DNA of 63,985 nucleotides, the filler included, from Neoconidiobolus thromboides FSU 785 (lineage: Eukaryota > Fungi > Entomophthoromycota): the NCBI GenBank assembly GCA_025603075.1. It is 6 parts of 6 records of this genome, joined end to end, with 100 filler letters (N's around TTAATTAATTAA, not from the genome) between each part and the next. Parts side by side here need not be neighbours in the genome. Positions count along the whole stretch, not along the records: positions 62,958 to 63,985 come from MU627050.1; 5 more parts are not named here. One strand, given 5' to 3'. The notes under the pieces are model-generated. The model was not told the DNA's origin and ran no database searches. It worked only from the letters and a program-made list of their open reading frames with translations. Shown piece by piece: positions 63,881 through 63,985 of the stretch. Positions within the stretch are counted from its first letter, which is position 1. Each line of letters begins with the position of its first letter. Position numbers and translations under genes: made by a program.

Positions 63881-63985
63881 TCAAACGTTCGTAACATTGA
63901 CAGCAAATGGATCATTATCTGGATCCCAATCTGGTAAATATTCTAGAATCTTTGAGAATTTTTTAGCCTCATCAATATTTTTAGC
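63881..63985 (-). CDS. 3' end of an inverted duplicate of the same unknown gene (..DNDPFAVNVTNV*)
   Basis: 63891-63985 is the exact reverse complement of 62958-63052. Confidence 0.45.
   Translation of the reverse strand, partial: AKNIDEAKKFSKILEYLPDWDPDNDPFAVNVTNV

Overview
Eukaryotic, very AT-rich, intron-rich fungal DNA. Short 40-60 nt GT-AG introns, AA11 LPMO, Cu-only SODs and an expanded ABCB set fit an early-diverging fungus, plausibly Entomophthorales/Conidiobolus-like (inference only). The window is six contigs joined by artificial 100-nt N spacers containing TTAATTAATTAA (gaps 2578-2677, 32228-32327, 57947-58046, 59511-59610, 62858-62957), so adjacency across gaps is not real. Core genes: EAF6, PPR protein, TPX2, PP2A-B56, MFS, AlkB-like oxygenase, RAD52, NOP15, ARP2, RMT2, ISN1, tRNA-Ile, tRNA-Glu. 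Accessory genes: two inverted ABCB1 paralogs, a UGT pseudogene, patatin, an AA11 LPMO with four in-frame stops, two Cu-only SODs, a secreted three-repeat protein, and GST, GPCR and homeobox fragments. Two repeat families fill the spacers: about 20 copies of a ~97 bp MITE with GRG..CYC ends and 4-bp AAAT/ATAT target duplications (Sola-like), and a ~460 bp TG..CA element (probable solo LTR), one copy of which has folded back into a palindrome. Best leads: the Sola-like MITE family, a possible C-to-T hypermutation signature, a shared CGG-N11-CGG element in both ABCB1 promoters, signal-less Cu-only SODs, and inverted gene duplicates with sequence homogenisation. All alignments and translations were done by eye; exon boundaries and repeat ends may be off by a few bases.
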